Shown piece by piece: positions 33,071 through 46,768 of a stretch of DNA of 64,000 nucleotides (position 1 is the first letter of the stretch; every line of letters begins with the position of its first letter). Under the pieces are notes generated by a model, which saw only the letters and a program-made list of their open reading frames with translations, was not told the DNA's origin and did no database searches. This stretch comes from the human T2T-CHM13v2.0 reference genome, Homo sapiens, in NCBI RefSeq assembly GCF_009914755.1, contig NC_060929.1; one strand, written 5' to 3'. A program made the position numbers and the translations under genes.

Positions 33071-34823
33071 GAGACTCCATGAAGGAAAAAGTATAGTATT
33101 GATGAGGAATACCTTGTTATATTTCAATAAGGATACATGGATTCTATATCATATAAGGTAAGATACTGATTCTATTAGGCTTTCAAAATTGGTATAAATT
33201 TGGAGATATCATACTCTTAGGGCCAGTTAAATATCATTTTTTTAAAAAAATTTCTACCCTATTTTGTTTCTTTTTACATAGCTTCTTTCTACATATTTTT
33301 GGTAGTTTTAAACATTTCAAATTTGACATGAAAGTCATGTGTGTGTATATATACATACAGACTTTATATACAAAGTTTATATATATGACTGTGTTTGTTT
33401 ACATTATAGTATATTGGAATGCTCAGGTGAAGTCAAATGAATATGACTGAAGAAAATCTCTCAAATATCTGTATTTCCAAGGACTATTAACATAAAGATT
33501 AATTTAGAATTAAATGAAACCAAAGCCTCTGTAACTCTAAAAAAACAAAAGGTTTTCTAAATAGCAAACAACCATATATTTATTGTTTGAGTCAATTTTA
33601 TCATAGGTTGCTTTGATGTATGTCATTAAAACCTATGAGGAAAATTTTGAAATATGAATTAGATGAGAGTCTACCTAATAAATGCCCAAGAAGCATCTCC
33701 GTTCTAATAATTTTTAAAATTAAGCTAGACATTTTGTCCTCTCTAGTAATGGAGAAAATGTTTAATAATTTTAAAATCAAACTGAGTAGGATGAGTTTAT
33801 CTGCTCAGTGAGGAACATTTCTCTTGTTATAATTTAGTTGAAATCATTTTTATAGATATTGGAGTTCCTTCACAACCACAATGTCTTTTTTTTATGTTGC
33901 CTTTTGGCTTTTATTCTGAGGCAAACCTTTTTTAATTTAAACATGATGTGTTGTATTTACTTTGAATGCCAATACATTGTGTATTACCCACCAAGTGATC
34001 TTTTTTTTCTGCTCTTCAGAATTAAATAAACCAAGACACAACACATGTCTTAAAACCACAATAGTTTATTTATAAGAAGAAAGACAGCCCATCAAACTTT
34101 CCACAGGAATTTTAAAAATCCATCAGGGACTCAAAGCCTTTACTTTCTTTCCATTCATATAATTTTGGTTTTGGCTTAACACTTAGGACAATATTCACTT
34201 CAAAAGAATATCCCTTGCATTTTAAGTAAACAATCATTGTTCTACATAGACTTTTAATTTTTCCTCTTCTGCCCTTTGCCACTTTTCTACTTTGGTTCCA
34301 TAACTTTGCTAGCATTGCATCCAGAGCATGCCAGATATAAAATCCTTTTTCAGTTTATATTTTGATATGAAGACTAACTCATGAAAGATCGAATTGTTAC
34401 ATTTTGTTTCATTTCCAATTATTCTTGACGTCTATAGTTTCTTAACATTTTAAAATGATACTTTGATTATAGGGGATGAGATAGGACAAAATAACTGCAA
34501 TTAGAATGAAATCGATTCTGGCTTTAGAAAGGAAAATTCAGTTTAAACATGATGCAAGGCAATGAGGTTTCATTTGGTTCAAATTTTGTGGGACTGGATA
34601 AGCTAAAACATATGATCTAGGGTGGCCTTAGTCTCATCCCAAGTGGATCTCATCAAGCAACTTCAAACCTCACTGCAAGAGACATGGTTACTGATGATCA
34701 AGTGTGGGTCAACAACAAATATTTATAAATTGCAAAGTTCTATCTTGTTCTTCTGTGTCAATAATAAGTTTACAAATTGTAGATTTACCTGTTTAATTGT
34801 TAAGGGTATCTGGAATATGTAAA

Positions 34824-35034
34824 GGTTCTCTCTTTCTCTGGCCCATTGAGGTCATAAGCAGTTGAAAATTTACTTCAACTTCACAGTTATACTGGAATCC
34901 TGAAACTTGCCTTTCATACTGATAAGTTGGTTCTCTCGTTTTCTGGCCCATTGAGGTCATAAACAATTGAAAATTTACTTTAGTTTCACAGTTATAGTGG
35001 AAATCCTGAAACTTGCATTTCACACCAAAAAGTC
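34824..35034. repeat. 105-bp tandem duplication
   Basis: GGTTCTCTC...TCTGGCCCATTGAGGTCATAA...TTCACAGTTATA.TGGAA.TCCTGAAACTTGC starting at 34824 and 34929. Confidence 0.93.
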
Positions 35035-35816
35035 ATATTCAGCAATGTGTGATACTTATTATATGTGATATGTATGATAACATATTTTTACCACAACTTA
35101 AGGACTTGCAAAATGAAGAACAAGTGCTTTTATGATGAAGATATAAAAAGCCATAAATTTGCTTCAAATAAACTTATTGTGGACAGTGCTATACTAAGTA
35201 GTGGCCAACGCACAGTCTTGGCCCTTAGACAGTTGACAGCTTTTCAGCTCTTCTTTTTCCCTGTAAGTAATGACTTATAAAAGTCCTGATATATAAGATA
35301 TATACAGGTGTTCCCTATCTTACTTAAATGTTCTCATCCCAGAGACCTTTGCAAAATAATCTTATGTGCATTAAAATGTGTAATTTATAACTCTATATAT
35401 TATTATAGCATATAAATATATGAATACATACTTACCAGTTAAATATTTTCAGTTTTAGTGTCATATATATTCACAGATGCTTTTGCTATATAGAAGTGCT
35501 GTCTGTGTGGTATTAATATTTTCCCAGTGTGTTCTAAATTAACACATACTTATGGACTGGTCTTGCCCTCTTGCTCTCACTTGATCTCTCTCAACTCGTG
35601 ATTATAATGCAATATAAGGGAGGTATGAAAACTCCAGATATGATTAAAATAACAGGTGCTTGTACAGAAAGAATTCATAAGGCACAGGAAGAAAAGGACT
35701 TCTTTGTGGCAAATATTAATTTTCTGCAACTTTGCTCCCTGCTGTTTGGGCCTGCAACCAACACCTTTGTATTTCCTGGAAAATCCAATATGTTACACCC
35801 AATTCTCTATCATATG

Positions 35817-36200
35817 CAGTGGAGTTCAGTGTTTAAGAACTCAAACTCACTATTATGCCACTTTCCAGCCTAGTGTCCTCAAGCAAGAAAATTTACCTAT
35901 TTGCCTTCTGGTTTTCTCACATGAAAAACTGAATCTAAGAAGTATACATTTTCACAATTAACTTCTCTGAGTTTAGGTGGAGTATTGCAATAGATGCAAT
36001 ATCATAATTTAATTGGTAACACCTTTTTTCTTGGTGCTACATTCCATGATGGCATGTATAACAATCTATATTGTTTTAAATGTGAGGAAGTATGATAATT
36101 ATTACTCCTTTATAGGTTGTTGCTGAGAACTAAATGAATTAATGTAAACAAGGCATTTAGTAGAATGACTGGCAATAAGTATTGGTTATCACTATATTTG
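35817..36200 (+). mobile_element. MIR fragments
   Basis: 5' part CAGTGTTTAAGAAC...TGCCACTTTCCAGC; 3' part ATAGGTTGTTGCTGAGAACTAAATGAATTAATGTA. Confidence 0.55.
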
Positions 36201-36691
36201 CCCGATGGAACCCATTGCTTAAGCTTGAGTCTGTGAGAGGGGGTGTTGTGTGTCTCATTAGGAGGAAAAAACAGTTGTGCTTTGGTCTCTGTTATAAAAC
36301 TCAGTGTGGAGGTGGGGAGAGGTTAATTGCCTTGGCTTCTTCAGTATATTCTAAGCATCCTAAAACTAAGAAGTGAGTGTTCTTTTTTAAATCAACTATT
36401 AGACATTCATGAATGTGGTTCATATTCAATAAATGTTTGTGAAGCATATGACCCCTTTCTTGCTTAATTAATCTTTTTTGTATTGGCAAAATAAGTTTTA
36501 AAGTGTCTTACCACTAGTGGTTGGAAAATAATTACTGGCTTACATGTGTAATGCTCAATAAGTAAGCATTATTTCTACTTAGTCATGGTTTCCTAACCCT
36601 CTTACAAATACTCTCTCTTTAATAAACACATTTAAAATTTTCTTCTACTAGTTTGATACTTGTGAAACTGTTACTGAATAATTGAATATCA

Positions 36692-36990
36692 GGCTGGGCA
36701 CGGTGACTCAACCCTGTAATCCCAGCACTTTGGGAGGCCAAAGCAGGCAGATCACTTGAGGTCAGGAGATCGAGATCATCCTGGCTAACACGGTGAAACC
36801 CTGTCTCTACTAAAAATACAAGAAATTAGCTGGGCGTGGTAGCGAGTGCCTGTAATCCCAGCTACTCAGGAGGATGAGGCAGGAGAATTGCTTGAATCCA
36901 GGAGGCAGAGGTTGCAATGAGCCGAGATTGTGCCACTGCACTGAAGCCTGGGAGACAGAGTGAGACTCCATCTCAAAAAAAAAAAAAAAA
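36692..36990 (+). mobile_element. AluS with mosaic subfamily diagnostics
   Basis: Full dimer with A tail; TSD GAATATCA at 36684-36691 and 36991-36998. Confidence 0.95.
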
Positions 36991-37306
36991 GAATATCAAA
37001 TAGATTCACTTATAAATTATCTGAAACTTTTCATTAGACCTCAAGTAGAGAATCAGATCCACCTTAATGATTAATGGGTGCCTTACAATTGTTATAAATC
37101 TTCAGTATATATGCACACTCATATTGCTTCTCTTTCTCTCACCTTCATCAAAGATCGGGGAATGTTGGGCAATCTTACTCCCTGTTTCACCATTTATATG
37201 GCATGCCATTGCATCTATTGCTTCCACATGATTCTTCCAAGAAATTGCTCCAGTACAAACTTCTCCTTAAAGAGAAGGCAGCAATTCCTTCAGTGCATCC
37301 AAGATA

Positions 37307-37311
37307 GCGCG

Positions 37312-37358
<47 letters not shown>

Positions 37359-37362
37359 GCAC
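37307..37362. repeat. (GC)7(AC)17 compound microsatellite
   Basis: Read directly. Confidence 0.97.
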
Positions 37363-37558
37363 CAGTCATTCTGCAGACTCCTTCTGGATCTAAAGGTGTT
37401 ACTTTTCAGCAAGCCAGGCCTTAGATGATTAAACTGGACTCCAAGCAACCCCAAGCTTGAAAAAATGAATGAAAAATTAATGAAAATAATAGATTGAGAT
37501 GGGAGAGGACACTCTAATATGTTTGGCCATGAGGATTTGATAGTTTCTAATTCTACAT

Positions 37559-37781
37559 CAGGGGTTAAAACAAACATTTTCAATAAATGTCCAGTTATTT
37601 TAGGCTTTGTGGGTCATATGATCTATGTTGCCACAGCTCAACTCTATTGTAGATCAAAGGCAGCCATAGACTACATATACAAATGAATGTAGCTGTGTTT
37701 CAATAAAACTTTATTTACAAAACCTGTGGGAGACAAAGGGCCAGGCTTGTCCTTTAGGTCATCATAGTTTGTTGACCCCTG
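37559..37781 (+). mobile_element. MER58A (hAT-Charlie)
   Basis: TIRs CAGGGGT...ACCCCTG; internal TATTTTAGGCTTTGTGGGTCATA and CAATAAAACTTTATTTACAAAA; degenerate TSD TTCTACAT / CTCTATAG. Confidence 0.9.
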
Positions 37782-39433
37782 CTCTATAGAAAGACATTGT
37801 CTCAAAATTTTAATGTATTTATTATAAGATATTAAGCATCTATTATTTGCTTACTACTATAATTTTTAAAACTTCCCAAACTACTTTTGTTTTCCCATAA
37901 GCAAGACTCCAGCTCTTGTTTATCTTCCTACTTGACTCACAGTTGAATGTCTTATTTTGTACCCATGGTTGTCTGTTTTCTCCATAACAAGCATTTTCAG
38001 ATAAAAGCTCGTTCACTTTATATTGTGGATGCATTAGAGCCTCAGATAGATCTTGAGTGAGTAACATGCATATCTGATGTGCTCATTGGAAAAATTGGAC
38101 TTAACAAAGTGAGGACAGAGAAAACAGACGGTGCCATTGTGCTAAAGCACCCTTTTCATATGTGAATGGATTTCCTGACTCTTTCCCTGCACAGCTGTAG
38201 CCAGAACACCAAGGAATTGTGCCCTCCAAGTTGTGTCTTGTATTGGAGGTCATAATTACATTTTAAATTGGGATAGCTAGAATTTTGTCTCACTCATTAT
38301 GCTGTTTTGTTTTTCTTTTTCCTGTGCAGAGGTCCTTATTATCCCCCCATTGAAATAAGATCAGTTTCCATTTCTTGCTAAGATCCTTTATTTCACCTCA
38401 GAAATCACAATATCCAACAGGGGGCCCAGAATAGGTGTTCAACAAATGTTTGTTGAAATAATTAAAACAGTTGTGTTATGCAAGGCCACTGAGGCTTTCC
38501 CTTGCCTCTTACTTATAGACATAATATCTTGGCGTTAGGCATAAATTTCATTTTTTACAGATACATTCAATATGTTCGCTGCAGTCTTTTGTTCTTCCAA
38601 CTGGAAAGATAGCAGCAAATTTGCTGGAGCATGTTTTGTTACATCCCTAAAGAATGTATAATCACTTAAGACTTTAATTTTTCCAAAGAATTACAAATCA
38701 CTATTTTCCTCTCTGAACAAGCTATTGGCTCTCCTGAAAACATAGACAATACAATATTATAATTTTTTAAAAGTTAACGAAACTTATTTTTGTTCATGTA
38801 ATATATAGTAAAGCATTATGTATATATATATTTCTTTTTCTGCCTACTACTGTTTATGCATTACATGCTAGTATTGTTTCTATGATTAGATGTTTTTCAG
38901 GCATTTGTCTTAAATTAAATTTCCATATGTTTAAGGCAGTGACTTGCTAACGCAAAACTTTGGCATTTGCATGTATTTTATTCCATTGCAAAATTCTATA
39001 GCATCTGTAATTATTTAATGATCAAAACAGTTACTTGATCTTGTCAATATTGCTATTTCTAACTAACATATGAAAATGGAGATGTCCTTTTTTCTCTTTC
39101 ACATATTATCACATGAAATTGAAAAACAGAGTAAAAAAATTTTCATTCTTAAGTAATTATTGCTTATCATCCCAACCTGAGAAGCATTGAGCTAAATGGA
39201 GAAATGCTACTTTTCCAAAGGCAAAAATTCAATTTACAATTAGCATTTGGAATTCGTCTGATAGGAAAATGACCTGGAAATTAATAATACATCTCTAGCA
39301 GGAGAGAAGAAGAGTCAAAAGAACTCTGGGCCTTCCCGATCTGGTAACTATTTGTATTCTAGTAGAATCAACCTATGAGAGAGTCTGTTAAGACCCTATA
39401 ACACTTTCCGTAGGTTTAGTAATAAAAATAACA

Positions 39434-39541
39434 CCATACTTCATCAATCTTGAATCACATCTTTACACATTTTATCTAACATCATTTTAATCATGATGTC
39501 CTTTATGGTCAATTGCACTTTATATTAGATGAAGTGTAGTA
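39434..39541. mobile_element. MER104-like (Tc2) MITE relic
   Basis: Degenerate TIRs CCATACTTCATCAAT...TAGATGAAGTGTAG; internal CACATTTTA. Confidence 0.45.
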
Positions 39542-39554
39542 TTTAAAATATGAC

Positions 39555-39765
39555 AATTACCATTTATTGAGCATATATTATGTCTAAGCCACTGTTTTAG
39601 GCTTTTTACAAAAAGTATGTGTTTAACCTTGTGAGATCTTAAATACCAGAAAGTAGGGATTCAGAGAGGTGCATAACTTGCCTAGAGTCATAAGCCTGGT
39701 AAGTGGCAGAACTAAAATTCAAATCTGGATCTCTATGACTCTTGACCACTTGACTACATTGCTGA
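39555..39765 (-). mobile_element. MIR
   Basis: CCATTTATTGAGC...TCAGAGAGGTGCATAACTTGCCTAGAGTCA...TAAGTGGCAGAAC. Confidence 0.8.
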
Positions 39766-40283
39766 CATGGAAGAGGAGAAAAAGAAAGATGACTATGTGG
39801 ATATAAGGGTGTACCTCAGAACCAAGAAAAGCAGATGGAATTAGACCTCAGAAAATGATGGACCAGGAATTACAACTACGTCAGGCTTTTCTTAGCTTTC
39901 TCTTTGTTGTATCTCTTTCTTCCTGAACCTGTGCTTTCTTATTGCTTTCTGCATGCTGCCTTTCTCCATTTTGTTATATGGCAGAAAGTTTCCCTTTACA
40001 CATCATCCAAACTATTTAAAATAGCCTGGCTTCCAATATCTATGGAAAATAGCTGCCCTGTACTAACGTGAGAGTTGGGCTATACTGCTGTCAATTGCAA
40101 AGAGTTTCCAAAGAATGAGGAACTGTTAGATCATGGAATGGATTAATACTCCAAAAGTTGTAGAGTCACACATTAGTGTGATTGAGATATGTTCTTTTCC
40201 TATGTTGGTTTGAAACGCACACAATTCACAGGACTGCGTATATTTGGTTCTTACTTTGAAACAAACCAGTTTCCTTCAGGTGC

Positions 40284-40651
40284 TGCTATAATCTGAATGT
40301 TCGTGTCCTCCCAAAATTCATATGTTGAAATTGTAACCCTTAAGGTTATGGTGTAAGAAGTGGAGCCTTTAGAGGTGATTAGATCACGAGAGCAGAGCAT
40401 TCAGGAATGAGATTAGTGCCCTCATAAAAGAGGCATGAAAGAGACCTCTCATCCCATCCCTTCAACCATGTGAGGACACAGTGAGAGGGTGGTTACTATG
40501 AACCAAAAAATTGTCCTTCACCAGACCTGAATCTGCCAGCACCTTGATCTTGACCTTCCCAACCTCCAAAAGTAGAAGAAATAAATTTCTGTTGTTCATA
40601 AGCCACCCAGTTTATGGTATTTTGTTATAGTGCCCAGAATGGACTAAAACA
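40284..40651 (+). mobile_element. MLT1A-family solo LTR
   Basis: TGCTAT..TCTGAATGTT.GTGTCC.CCCAAAATTCATATGTTGAAA...TAAGCCACCCAGTTTATGGTATTTTGTTATAG...GACTAAAACA. Confidence 0.92.
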
Positions 40652-41052
40652 GATGATGTATGCAGCTAACTTTTGGTCCAACTAGCCTTGCAGTTCACTC
40701 CCTGACTTGGATGTGTACACATGGTTTCCTCACTATGCCTTCTAATATTTAAAGTAATATCTGCCAATAAGTAATTTTTAAAACTAGTGCTATCTATTTA
40801 GAAGAAGCTGATATAAAGTGAGAGAAACTTCCTGGGTAATGTGAAACTTAAATCAAACTTTGAAAGGTATATAGAGTTTGGGTGTACAGAGAAGGGAGAC
40901 ACTAGTTAAGGGAAAGAGCAGCCTCATTGGCTGAAATGGGGATATAAAAAGGCTTAGTATAGCAAGAAAGAAAATAAATAGACATGGAAGACTTCATTTT
41001 AAAGAGACTTGAAAATCATTAGGAAGTTAGTGTGTAACAAATCGTGGAGAAC

Positions 41053-41413
41053 TGTGACACAGACCACATAACTATTCAACAAATTTGTTTCTTTTTGTTC
41101 CTGGAAAGATGATAAACTACATTGCCAAACTCCTTTGCAGATTACGTGGCTGAATGACTTATTCTTGCCAATGGAATGTGGTTGGGAGATCTGGTTCATA
41201 AAAACCTCTGGTGTAATCTTTCACTTTCTCCCTTTCCTATTTGCTGATTTGATTTTGGTGCCCAAGTTGAAAATGGCAGAACTTCTAACTGTCTGTTATC
41301 ACCATATGGAACAGAGGGCCTTCCCTCCTTTCAATTGGAATTTGCATGAGTGAGAAATAAACTTCTATTGGGATAAACCGTTCAAAAGGCCATTGTAGGA
41401 GCTACCTAATACA
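41053..41413 (+). mobile_element. MLT1H/I/J-like LTR
   Basis: GCCAATGGAATGTGG...GCATGAGTGAGAAATAAACTTCTATTG...CTAATACA. Confidence 0.7.
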
Positions 41414-41786
41414 AACAACTAATGGCCCAAGCTAAAGTGCTCAATTTTCATCTCATAAATGTGACGGGGCTTTTGAGTAAAAGGTCAGCAGGATGAAATA
41501 AATGTCTTCTAAGACCAGTTTGGCAAAATGGAGCTGGACAGGCAGAAGAAGAGACTGGGGCCAAAGACTACACAGAGGACATTTATTGAAAAAGCCCAGA
41601 CAGAGGAGAACCAAGGGGATAAAGTCATACAAGGACAAAGGAACAGAAAGTTCCGTATAGTGAATGTGAAAGTTATCAAAATTTCATTGATGCCAAAGGG
41701 CTAAATCTTAAGAAAAGGTCCAAGAATTTGATGGTGTAGAGGCCAGTGATGATCTTTGAAATGTTCATGTATGTGGAATAATATAG

Positions 41787-42120
<334 letters not shown>

Positions 42121-43229
42121 AGAAGGTCTGTGTTAATTTAAAAATAAAATTTTGTATGGTAAAAATCTAAATTGATTAATAAGTAAATAGCCAGTGTATG
42201 GTTTCAACAAGACTCTATGAGGGTTGGACATTATAAAGCACTCTCCATTAGTCCCTGCCTTACTCCATGATACCTGGCACTAGTGGATTACGGTCCTCCT
42301 TTTCCTACTGAGATGATCTCAGAATTCTTCTCAAAACCATGCTCTAGGTAGCAAGTTCCAATTCATTGGAGTTGGTGACTGAAGTAGTACCTTTTCTCTA
42401 TCTGTGTGCTTTAGGTAATTACATGGATTTTGCCATTCTGAGGATTAGGGAGGAGACTGAGAAGTAGTACCAATACAACTTACCTGTACATGCCTAAGTT
42501 GTGTTGGAAGTTTCTCAGACCCATGGCAGTGAAAATTCATTATAATTCTGCACTCATTTTTTGTCTATGGGGCCTCTTTCTTATATCGATTTTCTCCTCA
42601 ATTGGTATCATTATTATGTGATTGTCTTTCAGTATTATGCTTTAGGGTCACTCGGTTCTTTATGATTGTCATAAATATTATTTAATGATAACGTTTGCAT
42701 ACAATCTTTTCTTTTTGTTAAATCCTTAAGCATGCTGTACTTCATGTAGTTCAATAGATTAAAGGAAAACTACTTGAACTCTTGTGTCAATTTTTTTTTC
42801 TTTTGCCTTTCAGGGATTCTCTGTCTGGGACTTAGTCTGAGCTGTAGGCTTTGTGCCAGCTGGAAGCTGGACTGATTTCTGTGAGTGGAGCCACAGCCCT
42901 CATAAGTTAGTGTAGCATTACAGTGGTTTTCTGTTTCCCATTAGCTGTTTAAGAAGAAGCACTCAAATGTGATCAGCATTTTGTAACTTAAGTTCTGAAT
43001 AACATTGGTAGCCCCAAGACCAGTAATAGCAAGATGGAAAGCACAGTAATGGTATTTTCTGCAGAAGTATGTATGTATATTACTGCTTACATTTTGATTG
43101 GGTCAAAAAATCAGAAAATTCTTGAATGGAGTTTATGACATGAAGGTGTTTAAAGACTCTATGGGAGACAAAATATAACATCTATTTTGTTTATAGTTGA
43201 ACATTCTTAGTTAAAATATAATGAAATGA

Positions 43230-43305
43230 GATAATAATAATAGCTAACATGTATTGAGTATTATGTGTCAGGCACTGTTCTAAATATGTTTTATGTGTTG
43301 TCTTA
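43230..43305 (-). mobile_element. MIR 3' fragment
   Basis: ATAATAATAGCTAACATGTATTGAG...GTCAGGCACTGTTCTAA. Confidence 0.7.
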
Positions 43306-44494
43306 TAGACTATCTAGCAACTATCAATTTATCCTAGAGAAATTACTAAACTATATTAAAAAGAAAACATTTAAAAATTAATATTTATGCTTAATAATAT
43401 GCATAGAAATTTAAGACTATTGGCTCTCACTTAAATATAGCCCTAAAGGATCCTAAATTACTGGATCTAGCTCATTAAAATCACGGGGCTCTTATGACTA
43501 TCTGTCATTTTTCTCTGTCAGTGAGTCTCATTTTCTTTGTGTGTGTATTTTTTTCACACTAGCTGTGGGAATTAAGGAATAATAATTATCTAAAGAAAAA
43601 TATCTTCATTAAAGAAATATGTTAATAATTATCATCAAGAGAAATCTTATCTAAGATTCAGAGCTATTTTTTGATCTTTGAGTCTATATAGATATTTATT
43701 ATTTGAAAAATAAACATTTAATAATACATTTATTCTGATACTTCTTAAATGCTTTTACAGAAAGAATAAATACACAGGTTTTGTTAAATGATTTTTTGCA
43801 ACTAGTATTTTTGTCTTATATGAAGAAAAGCAAAAAAGCCTAGGTTTTCAATATATATTCTTTCTTTTTTAATATTCTCATTTTTAAGAATTGCAATTCT
43901 TCCTGTTGTCTGGTGCTGCATTTTATATACTTTTTCTCTTGGAATTAGTAGAAGTGATATTTTTATGGCATTTTTATATGCATAGGTATCTTTTTTCTGA
44001 TTTATATAGCTATATATACTTGCTTAATTTTAACTAAGTTTTGTTTTTTGTTTTTTTTTTTTAAAGATAGTGGTTCCTGGGAAAGTTAACCTTCAAAATA
44101 ATGTTGAAATGACATACTAACCTTAAGAGAATAACACTTTGTCTTAAATACATGTAAAATTCTGAGTGGGAGGTATACATGAATGTAGGGCTGTGTTTCA
44201 AGTTTCCAGGCACTGTTTGAGAGGGCAGGGAAGGTCAACTGCTGTCTCCACTATCCCAGTCCAAGCCAAAGAACAGCCTTTCTTTCTTGGAAATTGTAAC
44301 TTTTCATTCTAACTTGGTTTATATTAGTGCAGATTCATACAGTGCTACTGGGAGTCACATCTTCCAAGGAGATCTTACATTATTCTAAAACCATAGTTGG
44401 TTCCCTCCTTGTGTGGGTCAAATGTAGCAAAGATGGTTTGGATAGCAACTTCTTAATTATATTGCAGTGCCTTAGGTAATTAGATATCATAGAC

Positions 44495-44657
44495 CAGTAC
44501 TTCTCAAACTTTAATGTCTATATGGATCACTGGGGGAACTTGTTAAAATGCAAATTCTGCTTCAGTAAGTCTGGAAGAACCTGATATTCTGCATTTCTAG
44601 TAAGCTCCCAAATGATGTCAATGTTGCTGATCCATGTTTTGCACTTTGAGTAGCAAG
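44495..44657. mobile_element. MER5A-family MITE
   Basis: CAGTACTTCTCAAACTT...CTTGTTAAAATGCAAATTCTG...TTCTGCATTTCTA...CACTTTGAGTAGCAAG. Confidence 0.85.
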
Positions 44658-45244
44658 GCCTTAGAGAATGATAAGCAAGAAGGAAAAATGGCCTTAACTT
44701 GACTCTTGCTCGACAGTGGGCATCTTCCCTGACTCTACACTTTTCATTGATTCTGGACTTCTAGTTTCTGGTTCAACATGCTGGTGGTCCTATTCAGGGC
44801 TTTCACACAAGCTCTCTGATAAAAAAAATATATAAAGTCCCCACTCATCACCTGGCTCATGATCATGCTTGAATCTCAATCTATGCATGTTTTCCTGTGG
44901 GAAAACATTCATTCCCTTCAAGCTGGGGCTAGGGATTACCACAGCACATCAATGGCACTATTAATAATCATTTCACTTGTATATACTTGGGCAATGTCTG
45001 CTTTTCCCATTACATGATGATGACGTCCATGACACCAGAGCTTATATCTATCCTTAGAACTTCCTTTAGGTGTTGGCAATCAAGTCATCTGCCCTGACTA
45101 TAACCTCAGAAGACTCTTCTTTTGGAGTGACTTCCTTGAAATTTATTAAGTCCCGCTCTTATATCTGGCACCTATCCAGATTCAAGCCCAGACGGGAATG
45201 TTCATGGGTCCAGTCCCTGTTTCACTTCTTTGGGCAGCACTCTT

Positions 45245-45306
45245 CAACTCTACACCAGCCCCTACATACATTAGCCAACTCTACACCAGCCCCTACATAC
45301 ATTAAC
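45245..45306. repeat. 31-bp tandem duplication
   Basis: CAACTCTACACCAGCCCCTACATACATTArC twice, 30/31 identical. Confidence 0.95.
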
Positions 45307-46334
45307 CAGATGCTAGGGTACTAGCTCTGGGACTTGCATCTATAGGGTCATCCTGGGGTCCCAGGCCAAGCTGCTTCCAAAAGGGAGGCCTGGCAAATAG
45401 ATTCTTCTCATTGGCCAAGTGGAATTTCTTTTTCTGAATCTTGTGATTTGGGACTGCCAGAATGGTGCTGACAGTGCCGATTGTGGGTGATTCAAATTGT
45501 TTATATAAATAGGGCCCTGCAAGAAGAATTTTTTAAGGTCTAAACACTTAAGAGTGGTCCTGTCCATCTGATCATTGATGTATTCTTAGGTACCCCAAAA
45601 TAAAATGAATAACTAATAAATTGTATAATATAACAGGATCTAAGCACTAAAAAAAAGTGGAATGGGGCTGAGAGTTGATTTTCATTTGGCAGCTGCTAGA
45701 CATGATCTTGGACTCTCAAGGTATTCCTGGCCACCAGGTAAGACAAGTAAAGTTATGATGCAAGCCACAAATATGACAATCCCTCAAGATGCATTGTTCA
45801 GATGACACTTTCAATTTTAACTACAGTAGAGCCCAACCTCACATTTCTACGGAGGTTTCAGCATTTTCTTAACTCATTTTCTGTTGCATTGATACCACAA
45901 TGTGTGCTCCATATGTGAAAGTAAAGTTAAATCAAAAGCTGCCTTTTCACTCCAGAAATCTGTACTTACTATATTGGGCTATAACTGTGATATCGGAAGG
46001 TAAAACTACATGAGTAATACAATCTGACATGCTGAATCATAATTGGGTGCAAAATAAATACACTGCTCCCAAAAATGACGCCTAAAAGATCATTCTTAAC
46101 CAACATCTTAAGCTATTGATATTATTTTGGAATTTTTTTCACTTTTAACCTAACTTTAAACCATGTGCTTTATTTTTCTCTTCCAGCCTAGCAGGAGTGA
46201 AGACCAAAAGACAACTATCATGTTTGGGATCACTTTTCCAACAAGGAGGTTTCTGAAAGACATGACATTTTCATTGGAAGTCTCACAGTTAAAGAAATAT
46301 CACTGAAAACACATTAGACTAACAGTAGGCCCAG

Positions 46335-46465
46335 CTAGATTCTATAGCCTTGGACAATTTTGGATGGGCAAAGCAAGGCAATTCGTTGGGCCTCAGTTTC
46401 CTCATTCATAAATTGAGGCTGAACTAAGTTATTGGAGGGGTCTTTTCTGTTCCAAAACTTGTGAG
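46335..46465 (+). mobile_element. MIR3-like fragment
   Basis: TGGGCCTCAGTTTCCTCAT...GAACTA. Confidence 0.6.
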
Positions 46466-46533
46466 ACAAAGTCCTTCAGATAATCATTTATATTTTCTCA
46501 GCCACTGCAGGCTTGGTTTCAAGACTGTGATCC

Positions 46534-46768
<235 letters not shown>

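Noticed and set aside
38438-38457. TTCAACAAA-TG-TTTGTTGAA hairpin
   Set aside because: Derives from the inherently palindromic L2 3' terminus
45720-45737. GIPGHQ as a collagen Gly-X-Y mini-exon
   Set aside because: Only two triplets, splice phases do not fit a typical collagen exon, and no other collagen-like exons are visible
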